Origin: Dehalococcoidia bacterium
GTDB taxonomy: Bacteria; Chloroflexota; Dehalococcoidia; GIF9; UBA5629
NCBI GenBank assembly: GCA_034436215.1
Contig: DAOTVU010000003.1
Location: 1-32,000 of the forward strand
Length of the DNA: 32,000 nt
Direction: 5' to 3'
Position 1 is the first letter of the stretch; every line of letters starts with the position of its first letter. Below, one piece after another: positions 1 to 9,640 of this stretch. The notes under the pieces were generated by a model that made no database searches, was not told the origin of the DNA, and saw only the letters and a list, made by a program, of their open reading frames with translations. Position numbers and translations under genes: made by a program.

Positions 1-565
1 CGCCGGCTACCCCCCATACAAAATTGAAATTGTATGGCGTCGAAAAGAATCCCTGCTTTGAAATGAGAAACCAGTTATCAAGTCCACCTATATCATATAT
101 TTCTATTTCAGGTTTAATCTTCAGTTCTTCCATCGTTCTTCCAAAATCCTGCAACATGGTAAAAGTATTGACAAAAACATTATCGACGATGACGGTTCCT
201 TTCTTGCGGTCGATCATACCGAAGTTCATAGTGTTTGTATTAAGTGAAGACATTTCAGGATTGATCTCAATTATAGGAGCAATCCTTTCATCATAGCTCG
301 CCCCAACAGACGAAGATATCTGGACAATAAGTTCCGGGGTTTGCTGTTTTATAGCGTCATAGATAGGCTTCACAAATTCCAGCTTAGCGGTGGGAAAGCC
401 ATCATCAGGCTGCCGGGCATGAACATGCACTACAGCCGCACCTGATTTATATGCCTTGGCTGCTTCTTCAGCAAACTCGGACGGAGTATAGGGAACAGCG
501 GGATTCTGGTTTTTGAAAACCCATGAACCGGCAAGAGCGGCCGTAATAATAACCTTCTTATTCAA
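1..565 (-). CDS. BKACE/DUF849-family beta-keto acid cleavage enzyme (3-keto-5-aminohexanoate cleavage enzyme-like); N-terminal ~188 codons, 3' end runs off the left edge
   Basis: This gene is absent from the supplied ORF track because it is edge-truncated. My own minus-strand translation from TTG at 565-563 reads (M)NKKVIITAALAGSWVFKNQNPAVPYTPSEFAEEAAKAYKSGAAVVHVHARQPDDGFPT...SKQGFFSTPYNFNFVWGVAG. I checked every triplet in this frame and found no stop down to position 2. The IITxAxxG...PYTPxExAEEA...GAxxVHxHxR pattern is typical of the family. TTG is the first canonical start after the in-frame stop at 754-752. GGAGG at 585-581 lies 15 nt away, which is a long spacing. Confidence 0.8.
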   Translation of the reverse strand, partial: MNKKVIITAALAGSWVFKNQNPAVPYTPSEFAEEAAKAYKSGAAVVHVHARQPDDGFPTAKLEFVKPIYDAIKQQTPELIVQISSSVGASYDERIAPIIEINPEMSSLNTNTMNFGMIDRKKGTVIVDNVFVNTFTMLQDFGRTMEELKIKPEIEIYDIGGLDNWFLISKQGFFSTPYNFNFVWGVAG

Positions 566-781
566 TTTTACTTTTATATACCTCCAAAAGCTGTGCGTCC
601 GATTATTGATTGGATAAAGAACATGCTTTATATTATAAAATAAAGTGTATGCAACTTTGAATGCAACGCTATATCCTGTGATAACAACATTAAGAACATT
701 TCTATAAAAGTATCTATCATCACTACTTAAATAATACGCACAGGTAGTACCTCATGCCGGGTCTTAAAGGAGGAAAATAAA

Positions 782-1540
782 ATGACAAAAATATATGATA
801 TCAGCATACCTACCGAGGATAACCCCAGTGAACCTTTCCCGGTAAAAGTCACACATGATAAACATGATGATTCAGTTCCTGTTTTCGAACAGGCGTTTGG
901 TTGCAGGAAGGAAGACATTATTGATAATACCGGTTGGGCTTCAGACAGTCTTTACCTTTCCACACATGCCGGAACACATGTCGATGCGCCATGGCATTAC
1001 TCTCCCATATCGGAAGGCAAAAAAGCACGCACAATCGACGAAATGCCTTTGGAATGGTTTTACCACGATGGCGTGGTGCTTGATATGCGGCATAAGCCAC
1101 AGGGTTCTGCAATTACTGTTGGTGACCTGAAAGAAGCACTTAAGAAAATCAATTACACACTCAAACCATGGGACATTGTGCTGATTCAGACAGGTGCAGA
1201 CCGTTACTGGGGCAAACCTGATTACTATCTGCGCGGCTGTGGTATGACAGCGGAATCCACCCTCTGGCTTATCGATCAGGGATGCCGTGTTATGGGTACC
1301 GATGCATGGGGATGGGACCGGCCGTTCAATGTTTTAAAGGAAGAGTTTGCAAAAACACACGATAAAACTCTTATCTGGGGTGCTCACAAGGTCGGTATCC
1401 AGAAGGAATATTGCCATATTGAAAAACTCGCCAATCTGGATAAACTGCCCAAACCGTATGGCTTTAAAGTGGCCTGCTTTCCCATGAAAATCACCGGCGG
1501 AAGTGCCGGCTGGGCCAGGGTAGTAGCCATTTATGAATGA
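782..1540 (+). CDS. putative cyclase / kynurenine formamidase-family metal hydrolase
   Basis: 252-aa ORF carrying the family motif HxGTHxDxPxH (HAGTHVDAPWH). GGAGG at 769-773 lies 8 nt before the ATG. Confidence 0.8.
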   Translation: MTKIYDISIPTEDNPSEPFPVKVTHDKHDDSVPVFEQAFGCRKEDIIDNTGWASDSLYLSTHAGTHVDAPWHYSPISEGKKARTIDEMPLEWFYHDGVVLDMRHKPQGSAITVGDLKEALKKINYTLKPWDIVLIQTGADRYWGKPDYYLRGCGMTAESTLWLIDQGCRVMGTDAWGWDRPFNVLKEEFAKTHDKTLIWGAHKVGIQKEYCHIEKLANLDKLPKPYGFKVACFPMKITGGSAGWARVVAIYE

Positions 1541-1632
1541 ATCGATGGCATACCCTACGTAAAGGTCAGGAGAATGATGTGGCACGTTTTATCACCACCA
1601 GTTTCCATATATAACGATTTAATTCTCAAACC

Positions 1633-1662
1633 TTGACGTTGCAAGCGTAACATTGTTACAAT
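1633..1662 (+). promoter_or_regulatory. sigma70-like promoter candidate for the EF-G2 gene
   Basis: TTGACG (1633-1638), an 18-nt spacer, then TACAAT (1657-1662), about 45 nt upstream of the ATG at 1706. The spacer contains the small inverted repeat GTAAC-att-GTTAC. This is sequence pattern only. Confidence 0.45.
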
Positions 1663-1705
1663 TCCTCATCGTCCTGAAAAATTTACTGAGAATTGAGGTA
1701 TTTAA

Positions 1706-3772
1706 ATGCAGCAATCTGATCCTGATAAAATCCGCAATGTAGCTCTTCTATCGCATTCCGGCTCCGGCAAGACAACCCTGGTTGAAGCCATGCTCTTTAC
1801 AACCGGGGCAATCACTCGCATGGGAAATGTTGCCGATGGCACCACTACTTCCGACTACGACCCTGAGGAAATTAAACATAAGATCAGCATCAACCTTACC
1901 GTTCTGCCGGCAAGCTGGAAGGAAACCAAGCTGAATATAGTTGATACTCCGGGTTATCCCGATTTTGTCGGAGAAGTAAATGCTGCTCTACGTGTATGTG
2001 AGGGCGCTGTTATTTTGGTATGCGCCGCTTCCGGAGTTGAAGTCGGAACCGAGCAGGTCTGGGAACATACTTCCAGGGCGAATTTACCCCGCCTTATATT
2101 CATCAACAAGATGGATCGCGAAAATGCCAATTTTTCAGGTACTTTAGAGCAAATTCAGAATAAACTGAGCCCCAGATGTATCCCGATACAGTTGCCCATC
2201 GGCTCACAGAGGGATTTTAAAGGTGTTGTTGATGTAATCACCAAAAAAGCATATGCAGGAACGGTACAAAAGGAAATGGAAATCCCTGCTTCTATGGCTG
2301 CAGATGTAGAAAAAGCCCGAGAAAAATTGATCGAAGCCGTGGTAGAAAGTGATGATGAAATAATGACCCGCTACCTTGAGGGCGGTGAAATAGGAACAGA
2401 CGAGATATTAAAATGTCTTAAACAGTCAATCATGCAGGGTGCTATTATCCCGGTCCTTGCTGGTTCGGGCCTAAGCAATAACGGTGCTGCACTATTGCTC
2501 GATGCGATAGTCAATTATCTGCCTTCTCCGGCAGAAGCCGGCAGTTTTAAGGTAATTAATGCATCCGGGGCTGAAGAATCGTTAAAGCCAGTAACCGATG
2601 CCCCCCTTATGGCACTGGTATTTAAAACCACGACAGACCCACACGTCGGAAAAGTGAGCTATTTCCGTGTCTTTTCAGGGGTAATTTCCAGCAACTCACA
2701 AGTGTGGAATGTCAATAAAGGCGTGCAGGAGAGAATCGGCCAGTTATCCATCCCTCATGGCAAAACACAGGAAACCGTTAATCAGATAGGTGCTGGCGAT
2801 ATCGGATTGGTTGTCAAACTGGCAAACACCACAACCGGCGATACACTGGGAGTTAAAGAGCAGGCACTAAAACTGCCGGCTATAGACTATCCTTCGCCTG
2901 TATTATTTAAAGCGATACATCCTAAATCCAAAGCCGACCTTGATAAGTTAAGTTCAGGACTCGCACGTATATGTGAAGAAGACCCCAGTTTGAAATCCCA
3001 ACGAGACCCGGATACCGGTGAACTAACAATTGGTGGCATGGGCGATACCCATCTTGAAATCGCAGCCAGCAGACTTCAGCGAAAATTCGGTGTCGAGGTT
3101 AATCTGGATCTTCCCAAGGTGCCTTATAAAGAAACTATCACCGTACCGGTCCAGGCCGAATATAAACACAAGAAACAAACAGGGGGACACGGTCAGTATG
3201 GTCACGTGTTAATAAGAATGGAACCTCTGCCGCCGGGCGGTGGATTCGAATTTGCAGAAGAGATAGTCGGAGGCTCGGTACCCAAAAATTATATCCCGGC
3301 CGTTGATAAAGGCATTAAGGAAGCCCGACTTGAAGGAGTGCTGGCCGGCTATCCGGCAGTTGACATGAAGGTAACCCTGTACGACGGCAGCTATCATCCG
3401 GTAGATTCTTCAGAAATGGCCTTCAAAATCGCAGCTGCTCAGGCATTCAAAAAGGGTATGACTGATGGCTCACCCGTACTTCTTGAACCTATCATGAACA
3501 TGACTATCACAGTACCCGATGCTTTTACCGGTGATATCATCGGGGATTTAAACACTAAACGTGCTCGTGTTCTGGGAATGACCCCCAGCCACGGTATGAA
3601 CGTCATTCAGGCTCAGGCCCCTCTAGCTGAGATTTTACGCTATGCAATCGACTTACGTTCAATGACACAGGGAAGAGGAACATTTACAATCGAGTTCAGC
3701 CATTATGAACCTGTACCGGCACCTATCGCACAGAAGATAATCGCACAACACAAAACTCCATCCCAGCAGTAG
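1706..3772 (+). CDS. elongation factor G paralogue, EF-G2 (EFG-II) type
   Basis: 688-aa five-domain translational GTPase. G1 reads SHSGSGKT, followed by DTPGYPDF and NKMD. The switch-I region GTTTSDYDPEEIKHKISI resembles Thermus EF-G2 rather than the canonical ...ERGITI. GAGG lies 7 nt before the ATG. Confidence 0.85.
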   Translation: MQQSDPDKIRNVALLSHSGSGKTTLVEAMLFTTGAITRMGNVADGTTTSDYDPEEIKHKISINLTVLPASWKETKLNIVDTPGYPDFVGEVNAALRVCEGAVILVCAASGVEVGTEQVWEHTSRANLPRLIFINKMDRENANFSGTLEQIQNKLSPRCIPIQLPIGSQRDFKGVVDVITKKAYAGTVQKEMEIPASMAADVEKAREKLIEAVVESDDEIMTRYLEGGEIGTDEILKCLKQSIMQGAIIPVLAGSGLSNNGAALLLDAIVNYLPSPAEAGSFKVINASGAEESLKPVTDAPLMALVFKTTTDPHVGKVSYFRVFSGVISSNSQVWNVNKGVQERIGQLSIPHGKTQETVNQIGAGDIGLVVKLANTTTGDTLGVKEQALKLPAIDYPSPVLFKAIHPKSKADLDKLSSGLARICEEDPSLKSQRDPDTGELTIGGMGDTHLEIAASRLQRKFGVEVNLDLPKVPYKETITVPVQAEYKHKKQTGGHGQYGHVLIRMEPLPPGGGFEFAEEIVGGSVPKNYIPAVDKGIKEARLEGVLAGYPAVDMKVTLYDGSYHPVDSSEMAFKIAAAQAFKKGMTDGSPVLLEPIMNMTITVPDAFTGDIIGDLNTKRARVLGMTPSHGMNVIQAQAPLAEILRYAIDLRSMTQGRGTFTIEFSHYEPVPAPIAQKIIAQHKTPSQQ

Positions 3773-3795
3773 TTCATAAGATCGTCATGGAATTG

Positions 3796-3823
3796 AAAAG
3801 CCCCCGCGATCGCGGGGGCTTTT
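3796..3823. terminator. bidirectional rho-independent terminator between convergent EF-G2 and etfA
   Basis: Perfect 20-nt GC-rich palindrome GCCCCCGCGATCGCGGGGGC (3800-3819), flanked by AAAA (3796-3799) and TTTT (3820-3823). It therefore reads as hairpin plus U-tract on both strands. Confidence 0.85.
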
Positions 3824-3851
3824 CTTATCAATCAATTATTCAATTATGGGT

Positions 3852-4850
3852 TTACTGAACCAGCTCTTTAACTTTTGCAGTGAATGCGGGCAGGACCACT
3901 TTCCAGTCGCCGACAACTCCAAATCGTGCTTCTTTAAAGATATTGGCTTCCGGATCCTTATTGATTGCGACGATTGTTTTGGATCCAGAGCAACCTGACA
4001 TATGCTGACTTGATCCCGATATGGCTACCGCAATGTATAACTCCGGGGCTATGATTTTACCCGTCAGGCCAATCTGTATGGAATCGGGCACCCATTTATT
4101 ATCACATGGCGGTCTGGACGCACCCACTGCGCCCTTAAGAACTTTAGCCAGCTCAGCAAGTTCCTTGGTGAATGGCTCAGGACCACCCATACCACGCCCT
4201 CCTGCTACAACCGTCTGGGCATCCTCGAGTTTAACACCGGCAACTTCTTCTTTTACAGTCTCAAGCACCTTCACTCTGATCTTAGAAGCGTCAAGTGTTA
4301 CGGGGAAGGGGATAACTTCTCCACTTCTGCCCGCATCCGGTGCCAGCGGAGTTGATGCCTTCTGCCTGACAGTAGCCACTTGAGGCAGTCCTTCTGAGGT
4401 GAATATCGCCCTGGCATTTCCACCATAAACCGGTCGGGTACAGTTCATCAGCTTGGTCGCCGGATCGATGGCAAGCTCAAGACAATCCATAGTGGCACTG
4501 ACACCCAATCTGAAAGCCAGTTTTGGTGCAAGATCCCTTCCTATCGAAGTCTGCCCCATCAGTATGATCCTCGGTGCCAGTTCCTTAGCCGCTTTTTCCA
4601 TCACCTGAATATAAGTATCATTGGCATAGTCTTTAAGCTGTGGATCCTCGGTTACATATACTCTGTCTGCACCTGCTGCGATAGCTGCCTTGGTAAGGTC
4701 ACCGACTTTATCGCTTATTAAAATACAGCTAAGCGGCTCTTTTAGTTCATCGGCCAGACGCCTTCCGGCACCCAGCAACTCACCGGTGATCGGTAGTAAT
4801 TTACCCTCTGCTACCTCTCCAACTACTAAAACGCCTTTATTATCAGCCAT
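3852..4850 (-). CDS. etfA: electron transfer flavoprotein, large (alpha) subunit
   Basis: 332 aa. C-terminal FAD-binding signature PELYIAVAISGSSQHMSG and VVAGGRGMG. Overall collinear with clostridial EtfA. GGAGGATAAA immediately precedes the ATG. Confidence 0.9.
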   Translation of the reverse strand: MADNKGVLVVGEVAEGKLLPITGELLGAGRRLADELKEPLSCILISDKVGDLTKAAIAAGADRVYVTEDPQLKDYANDTYIQVMEKAAKELAPRIILMGQTSIGRDLAPKLAFRLGVSATMDCLELAIDPATKLMNCTRPVYGGNARAIFTSEGLPQVATVRQKASTPLAPDAGRSGEVIPFPVTLDASKIRVKVLETVKEEVAGVKLEDAQTVVAGGRGMGGPEPFTKELAELAKVLKGAVGASRPPCDNKWVPDSIQIGLTGKIIAPELYIAVAISGSSQHMSGCSGSKTIVAINKDPEANIFKEARFGVVGDWKVVLPAFTAKVKELVQ

Positions 4851-4882
4851 TTTATCCTCCTAAATAATTATCCTGATTTTCG

Positions 4883-5683
4883 TTAGATAACTTTGTTTTC
4901 GCGCAGTTTTTGAGCAAGCAGAGCACCAGCTTCTGCCGGCGAGTCAGCGCTGACGATTTCACATTTACCCTCTTTAACAGGCTGGAACAGCTTTACGATC
5001 TTGGATTTCCTGACCGCGGCGCCTGCCTTTTCCAGGCCGATATCAGCAGGTTTCCAGACAGTAGGCTGTTTTTTACTGGCCGCCATAATGCCTTTTAATG
5101 TAGCATAGCGGGCTTCACCAAGCTCATTGCTTACCGTAATAACGCAGGGCGTGGTTACTTCCAGTACCTGATAACCATCAGCGGTGACCCTCTCCACCCT
5201 TAATTTACCTCCATCGATAACATCTACTTTCTTGGCGACTGTTACACATGGTATGCCCAGTATCTCGGCTATGCCCGTTCCTACCTGACCATCATCCCAC
5301 TCCGATTCCTGCCTGCCACAAAATATGATGTCATACTGCCCTATCTTTTTTATAGCTGCGGCCAGTGCCATTGCTATGGAGTAGGAATCCCCACCTTCAA
5401 ACGCAGGATCCTCAAGTAAAAACAATTCATCTGCACCCATTGATAACGGTTTTTTTACAACATCACGTATAAGGTTGTTGCCCAGACTGATAATACTCAC
5501 CTTCTGGGTTTTATCCTTATCTTTTATTCGCAACGCAGCTTCAACCGCCTGCTCATCATAAGGATTAACAACCGGTTTGACCTCCGGAGGCTGAACCATC
5601 CTGTTGTTAGCAGCATCCAGCTTGAATGTTGAAGGAGCTGCTTCAGGATCCAGTACCTGTTTACAACAGACAATCATATTCAT
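4883..5683 (-). CDS. etfB: electron transfer flavoprotein, small (beta) subunit
   Basis: 266 aa. N-terminus MNMIVCCKQVLDPEA, NPYDEQAVEAALRIKD, and CGRQESEWDDGQVGTGIAEILGIP are typical EtfB segments. The gene lies 32 nt upstream of etfA. Confidence 0.9.
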   Translation of the reverse strand: MNMIVCCKQVLDPEAAPSTFKLDAANNRMVQPPEVKPVVNPYDEQAVEAALRIKDKDKTQKVSIISLGNNLIRDVVKKPLSMGADELFLLEDPAFEGGDSYSIAMALAAAIKKIGQYDIIFCGRQESEWDDGQVGTGIAEILGIPCVTVAKKVDVIDGGKLRVERVTADGYQVLEVTTPCVITVSNELGEARYATLKGIMAASKKQPTVWKPADIGLEKAGAAVRKSKIVKLFQPVKEGKCEIVSADSPAEAGALLAQKLRENKVI

Positions 5684-5740
5684 GACAGCAATTCACCTCT
5701 TTTTTGATATTTGGTCAATAAAATCAACCAATCGCAAAGT

Positions 5741-6616
5741 TTACATTAATTGTATGTCGTTGTCAAAACTCGAAAAGGTAATTTTTACAGCCCTTTTTAT
5801 TCCTGAAAAATCTTTGCAATAGTAAACTTGAGCTGAAGGGAATGTGCCTTTTATAATTTTCAGTATCGCTTTATCATGCCCGTATCCTATCTCCAGTAAA
5901 GCAACACCGCCATTTTTTAAATGATCCGGCAACTGCTTAATTAATTTCTCAATCAATTCTGTTCCTGTGACCCCTCCCTTCAAAGCAATCTCAGGCTCGT
6001 TCCGACAGATTTCGACAGGCAACTTGTTCATCTCCTTTTCGCTGATATACGGCAAATTCGCCACCACAATATCAGCCGCTACGGTCAAAGAATCCATTAA
6101 ATTACCCCTGATCAAATTAACCCTTTCCTGCAACCCATATCGGCAAACATTATTCCATGCAACTTCGAGAGCATCAGATGATACATCAACAGCATATATG
6201 AATGCCTTTGGTAAATTCATAGCAATTGCTATTGCTATTGCACCTGAACCAGTGCCTACATCAACAATAACCATCGATTTTTTAATCTTTCTGCCAACGC
6301 TTAAAGCTCCCTCTACCAATATCTCTGTTTCTGGGCGTGGTATCAACACTCTTCGATCTACATAAAGATCGATGCCATAAAATTCACAGTGACCGGTAAT
6401 ATACGCCACCGGCTCACCATTCAGTCGCCTTTTAACCATATTCTCAAGCTGGGCCAATTCATCACCGGTCAATACCCGGTCTGTATGTGCATAAAAATGT
6501 GGAGAACTTATGCCAAGAAGATGGCAAATCAGCAAACGAGTCTCATTTTCAGCGTAATCTATGCCTCTATTCTTCAATATAGCGGAAAACTTTTTGAAAG
6601 TGTCTAGAATCGTCAA
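5741..6616 (-). CDS. prmC: release-factor glutamine N5-methyltransferase (HemK/PrmC)
   Basis: 291 aa with SAM-binding [12 protein letters not shown]. It sits directly after prfA. Its TTG start overlaps the prfA TGA as TTGA (6613-6616). The catalytic tetrapeptide reads NLPY, not NPPY (see findings). Confidence 0.85.
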   Translation of the reverse strand: MTILDTFKKFSAILKNRGIDYAENETRLLICHLLGISSPHFYAHTDRVLTGDELAQLENMVKRRLNGEPVAYITGHCEFYGIDLYVDRRVLIPRPETEILVEGALSVGRKIKKSMVIVDVGTGSGAIAIAIAMNLPKAFIYAVDVSSDALEVAWNNVCRYGLQERVNLIRGNLMDSLTVAADIVVANLPYISEKEMNKLPVEICRNEPEIALKGGVTGTELIEKLIKQLPDHLKNGGVALLEIGYGHDKAILKIIKGTFPSAQVYYCKDFSGIKRAVKITFSSFDNDIQLM

Positions 6617-7698
6617 AGGTTACTTTCCTGCAACCGCCTGGTCTGTTCTTCGGTAGCCAGAGCCTCTATAAGCTTGTCCAGCTCACCATCGAGTACTCTG
6701 GGCAGCCCGTGTAAAGTAAGGTTTATTCGATGATCGGTAATTCTATCCTGTGGGAAATTATATGTGCGTATTTTCTCCGCCCTTTCTCCGCTGCCTATCT
6801 GTGATCTTCTTTCTTCCGTCAACTCACTCTGCTGTTTTCTCTGTTCGATATCATACAGCCTTGATCGTAATACCGCCATGGCCTTCATTTTATTACGCAA
6901 TTGTGATCGTTCATCCTGACAGACCGCCACAAGTCCTGTAGGAAGATGCGTTATCCTTACCGCCGTATTGAGCTTATTAACATTTTGTCCTCCCGCTCCC
7001 CCGCTCCTGAAAATATCTATTCGCAAATCCTCAGGATTTATATGTACATCGATCTCTTCCACCTCGGGTAGAACAGCTACAGTGGCTGTTGACGTATGAA
7101 TTCGACCCGACGCTTCGGTTATGGGCACTCTCTGTACACGATGCACTCCTCTTTCATATTTAAGATGGCCGTAGGCACCTTTCCCTTTCACTTCAAAGAT
7201 TATCTCTTTAAATCCACCTACTTCCGTCTGATTGGCATCGATTACCTCTATTTGCCATCCTTTATTCTGGGCATAGCGGTAATACATGCGGTAAAGATCG
7301 GCAGCAAACAAAGCTGCTTCATCCCCACCTGTACCAGCCCTAATTTCCACAATAGCATCTTTATCTTCATCGGCATCCTTAGGCAATAGTGCTATTTTTA
7401 GCTCCTTAATTAAGCTGTCCTGGGTGGCTTTCAACGCACTAAGTTCATCACGGGCTAAAGCAACGATTTCGGCATCGACATTATGATCATCTAAAAGTGC
7501 CTGTGTTTCATCGATATTTTTTAGGATGTTTTTGTATTGTCTGTATTTGGACACAACTTCTTCCAGACCGGCTCTCTCCTGCGAAAGAGCCTGAAGACGC
7601 TGAAAATCGTTGTAAACCTCTGGCTGCGAAATCAGCTCATTAAGCTCGTCAAAACGCCTTTCTATTGCATCAAGTTTTTCAAACATCGAACTATGCAC
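6613..7698 (-). CDS. prfA: peptide chain release factor 1
   Basis: GGQ motif ([11 protein letters not shown]), PxT-type tripeptide (PIT) and RF1-like [10 protein letters not shown]. The track start at 7698 is a GTG. The ATG at 7686 ([19 protein letters not shown]...) looks like the more typical RF1 N-terminus. Neither start has a Shine-Dalgarno. Confidence 0.92.
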   Translation of the reverse strand: MHSSMFEKLDAIERRFDELNELISQPEVYNDFQRLQALSQERAGLEEVVSKYRQYKNILKNIDETQALLDDHNVDAEIVALARDELSALKATQDSLIKELKIALLPKDADEDKDAIVEIRAGTGGDEAALFAADLYRMYYRYAQNKGWQIEVIDANQTEVGGFKEIIFEVKGKGAYGHLKYERGVHRVQRVPITEASGRIHTSTATVAVLPEVEEIDVHINPEDLRIDIFRSGGAGGQNVNKLNTAVRITHLPTGLVAVCQDERSQLRNKMKAMAVLRSRLYDIEQRKQQSELTEERRSQIGSGERAEKIRTYNFPQDRITDHRINLTLHGLPRVLDGELDKLIEALATEEQTRRLQESNL

Positions 7699-7726
7699 AA
7701 ATTATTTTTATCGGAACGTAGCTATG

Positions 7727-7755
7727 ATTATAACATTGACTCCCGAGAGTGCCAA
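7727..7755 (-). promoter_or_regulatory. sigma70-like promoter candidate for prfA
   Basis: Read on the minus strand: TTGGCA (7755-7750), a 17-nt spacer, then TATAAT (7732-7727) preceded by TGT (extended -10). It lies about 30-40 nt upstream of the prfA start candidates. Confidence 0.5.
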
Positions 7756-7810
7756 AATAATATGAACGATTATTTACATCCGTTACAAAAATGCTTTCAA
7801 ACGCTATAGA

Positions 7811-7839
7811 TTCTACATAAATAAAGCCTGTGATATAAT
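7811..7839 (+). promoter_or_regulatory. extended -10 promoter candidate for gatCA
   Basis: TGATATAAT at 7831-7839 (TGn plus TATAAT), with a weak -35 TTCTAC (7811-7816) at 17-nt spacing. It lies about 47 nt upstream of the gatC ATG. Confidence 0.45.
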
Positions 7840-7885
7840 ACTTCTCTGAATAAATTACGCCTGATTGCTATTTAAGGAATAGATT

Positions 7886-8176
7886 ATGAGATTAAGTGCT
7901 GAAGAGGTCAGACATATCGCTTTGCTGGCACGCCTTGGATTGAGTGAAGAGGAAGTAGAAAAATTCAGAAATCAGCTTTCTAACATACTGGAAAACATGG
8001 TGATTTTAGCTGAACTGGACACTGCCGGGCTCCCACCCACATCCCAGTCAATTGCTATGGAAAATATCTACAGGCAGGATGAGCCACAGCCTTCTCTACC
8101 GGTCGAGGATGTCCTGGCAAATGCGCCTGACCGCGAAGAAAACTACTTTAAGGTTAATGCGGTACTGGAGCAGTAA
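7886..8176 (+). CDS. gatC: Asp-tRNA(Asn)/Glu-tRNA(Gln) amidotransferase subunit C
   Basis: 96 aa with N-terminus MRLSAEEVRHIALLARLGLSEEEVEKF, typical of GatC. Its stop is immediately followed by the gatA ATG. Confidence 0.9.
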   Translation: MRLSAEEVRHIALLARLGLSEEEVEKFRNQLSNILENMVILAELDTAGLPPTSQSIAMENIYRQDEPQPSLPVEDVLANAPDREENYFKVNAVLEQ

Positions 8177-9640
8177 ATGGATAACCTTCATTCTCTGACT
8201 GTACACGATGCCCATGAGCTTTTAAAAAGCAAAAAAATATCGTCAGTCGAACTTACACAGGCCGTTTTAAAACACTTACACGAGGTCGAAGATAAAGTTC
8301 ATGCGTGCGTTACTGTTACCGATGAACAGGCAATAGCCGATGCTCAAAAGGCGGACCTGGCAATCGCCAGGGGTGAGATCAGACCCCTAACCGGGATACC
8401 CGCCCTGATTAAGGATGTTATTTGTACCAGAGGAATACGTACAACCTGCTCTTCCAAAATGCTGGAGAACTTCATTCCACCTTATGACGCCACTGTTATA
8501 GACAAACTAAAGGATGAAAATTACGTTATTATCGGCAAAACCAATATGGACGAATTTGCTATGGGATCATCCACGGAAAATTCGGCTTTTTTTGTCACCA
8601 GAAATCCATGGAATCTGGAATGCGTACCCGGTGGTAGCAGTGGAGGATCTGCTGCCGGCATAGCCATTGATGAGGCTATTTATGCACTGGGCTCGGACAC
8701 CGGAGGCAGTATAAGGCAACCTGCCAGCTTCTGCGGAGTGGTAGGGCTAAAACCGACTTACGGAAGAGTCAGCCGTTATGGTCTGGTAGCCTTTGCCAGT
8801 TCGCTGGATCAAATTGGACCCATTACCAAAGATGTCACAGATTGTGCACTGGTTTTACAAGTCATAGCCGGTCACGATATCAAAGATTCAACTACCGTTC
8901 CTCTGGATGTGCCCGATTACACGCAGGCCCTTAAGAAAGATATAATGGGCATACGTATCGGCGTGCCAAAGGAATATTTTGTAGAAGGCATGCAGACCGA
9001 GGTACGAGAAATTCTGGAAAAGGCTATATATAAACTGGAGGAACTGGGTGCAGAAGTTGATTGGCACGCTTCGCTTCCTTATACAAAATATGCATTGGCT
9101 GCCTATTATATCCTCGCCCCTTCCGAAGCATCCGCCAATTTAGCCCGTTATGATGGTGTAAAATACGGATTTTCTTACCGCAATACTGAAAGTATGTGGG
9201 AGGCAATGGAAAAAACCAAACAATACGGATTCGGTGCTGAAGTCAAACGCAGGATAATGCTGGGCACATATGCACTTTCCGCCGGTTATTATGATGCATA
9301 CTATCTTAAAGCTCAGAAAGTGCGTACACTCATTAAGCGCGATTTCGAACAGGCATTTCAGAAATACGACATACTTGCTACACCTACCTCACCTACCACC
9401 GCTTTTAAGATCGGTGAAAAAGTTGATAATCCTGTAGCCATGTATTTAAGCGATGTATGTACTCTGCCCATCAATATAGCCGGGGTTCCTGCCATATCAA
9501 TTCCTGCCGGATTCACCGGTGGCCTACCCGTAGGAATGCAATTGATCGGAAAACACTTTGCTGAAGATATGTTACTACAGGTTGCTTATAACTTTGAGCA
9601 GGCTACATTGTGGCATAAAAACAAACCATCTTTAAAATAA
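8177..9640 (+). CDS. gatA: Asp-tRNA(Asn)/Glu-tRNA(Gln) amidotransferase subunit A
   Basis: 487 aa with amidase signature [12 protein letters not shown]...[12 protein letters not shown]. Abuts gatC. No gatB is adjacent. Confidence 0.93.
   Translation: MDNLHSLTVHDAHELLKSKKISSVELTQAVLKHLHEVEDKVHACVTVTDEQAIADAQKADLAIARGEIRPLTGIPALIKDVICTRGIRTTCSSKMLENFIPPYDATVIDKLKDENYVIIGKTNMDEFAMGSSTENSAFFVTRNPWNLECVPGGSSGGSAAGIAIDEAIYALGSDTGGSIRQPASFCGVVGLKPTYGRVSRYGLVAFASSLDQIGPITKDVTDCALVLQVIAGHDIKDSTTVPLDVPDYTQALKKDIMGIRIGVPKEYFVEGMQTEVREILEKAIYKLEELGAEVDWHASLPYTKYALAAYYILAPSEASANLARYDGVKYGFSYRNTESMWEAMEKTKQYGFGAEVKRRIMLGTYALSAGYYDAYYLKAQKVRTLIKRDFEQAFQKYDILATPTSPTTAFKIGEKVDNPVAMYLSDVCTLPINIAGVPAISIPAGFTGGLPVGMQLIGKHFAEDMLLQVAYNFEQATLWHKNKPSLK

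Noticed and set aside
24-296. 90-aa plus-strand ORF at the left edge
   Set aside because: It has a low-complexity Ser/Ile/Leu-rich translation. It lies entirely antisense to a minus-strand reading frame with clear BKACE/DUF849 similarity, so it is a shadow ORF.
1576-1638. 20-codon ORF (MMWHVLSPPVSIYNDLILKP) after an AGGAG in the cyclase/EF-G2 spacer
   Set aside because: The SD-to-ATG spacing is only about 1 nt. The peptide has no features, and the ORF overlaps the predicted EF-G2 promoter. It most likely arises by chance.
5684-5740. Independent promoter for etfBA in the prmC-etfB spacer
   Set aside because: Candidate hexamers (TTGGTT...TATCAA, TTGACC...) have poor -10 elements lacking the invariant final T or the A at position 2. 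I left this uncalled, and co-transcription with prfA-prmC remains possible.
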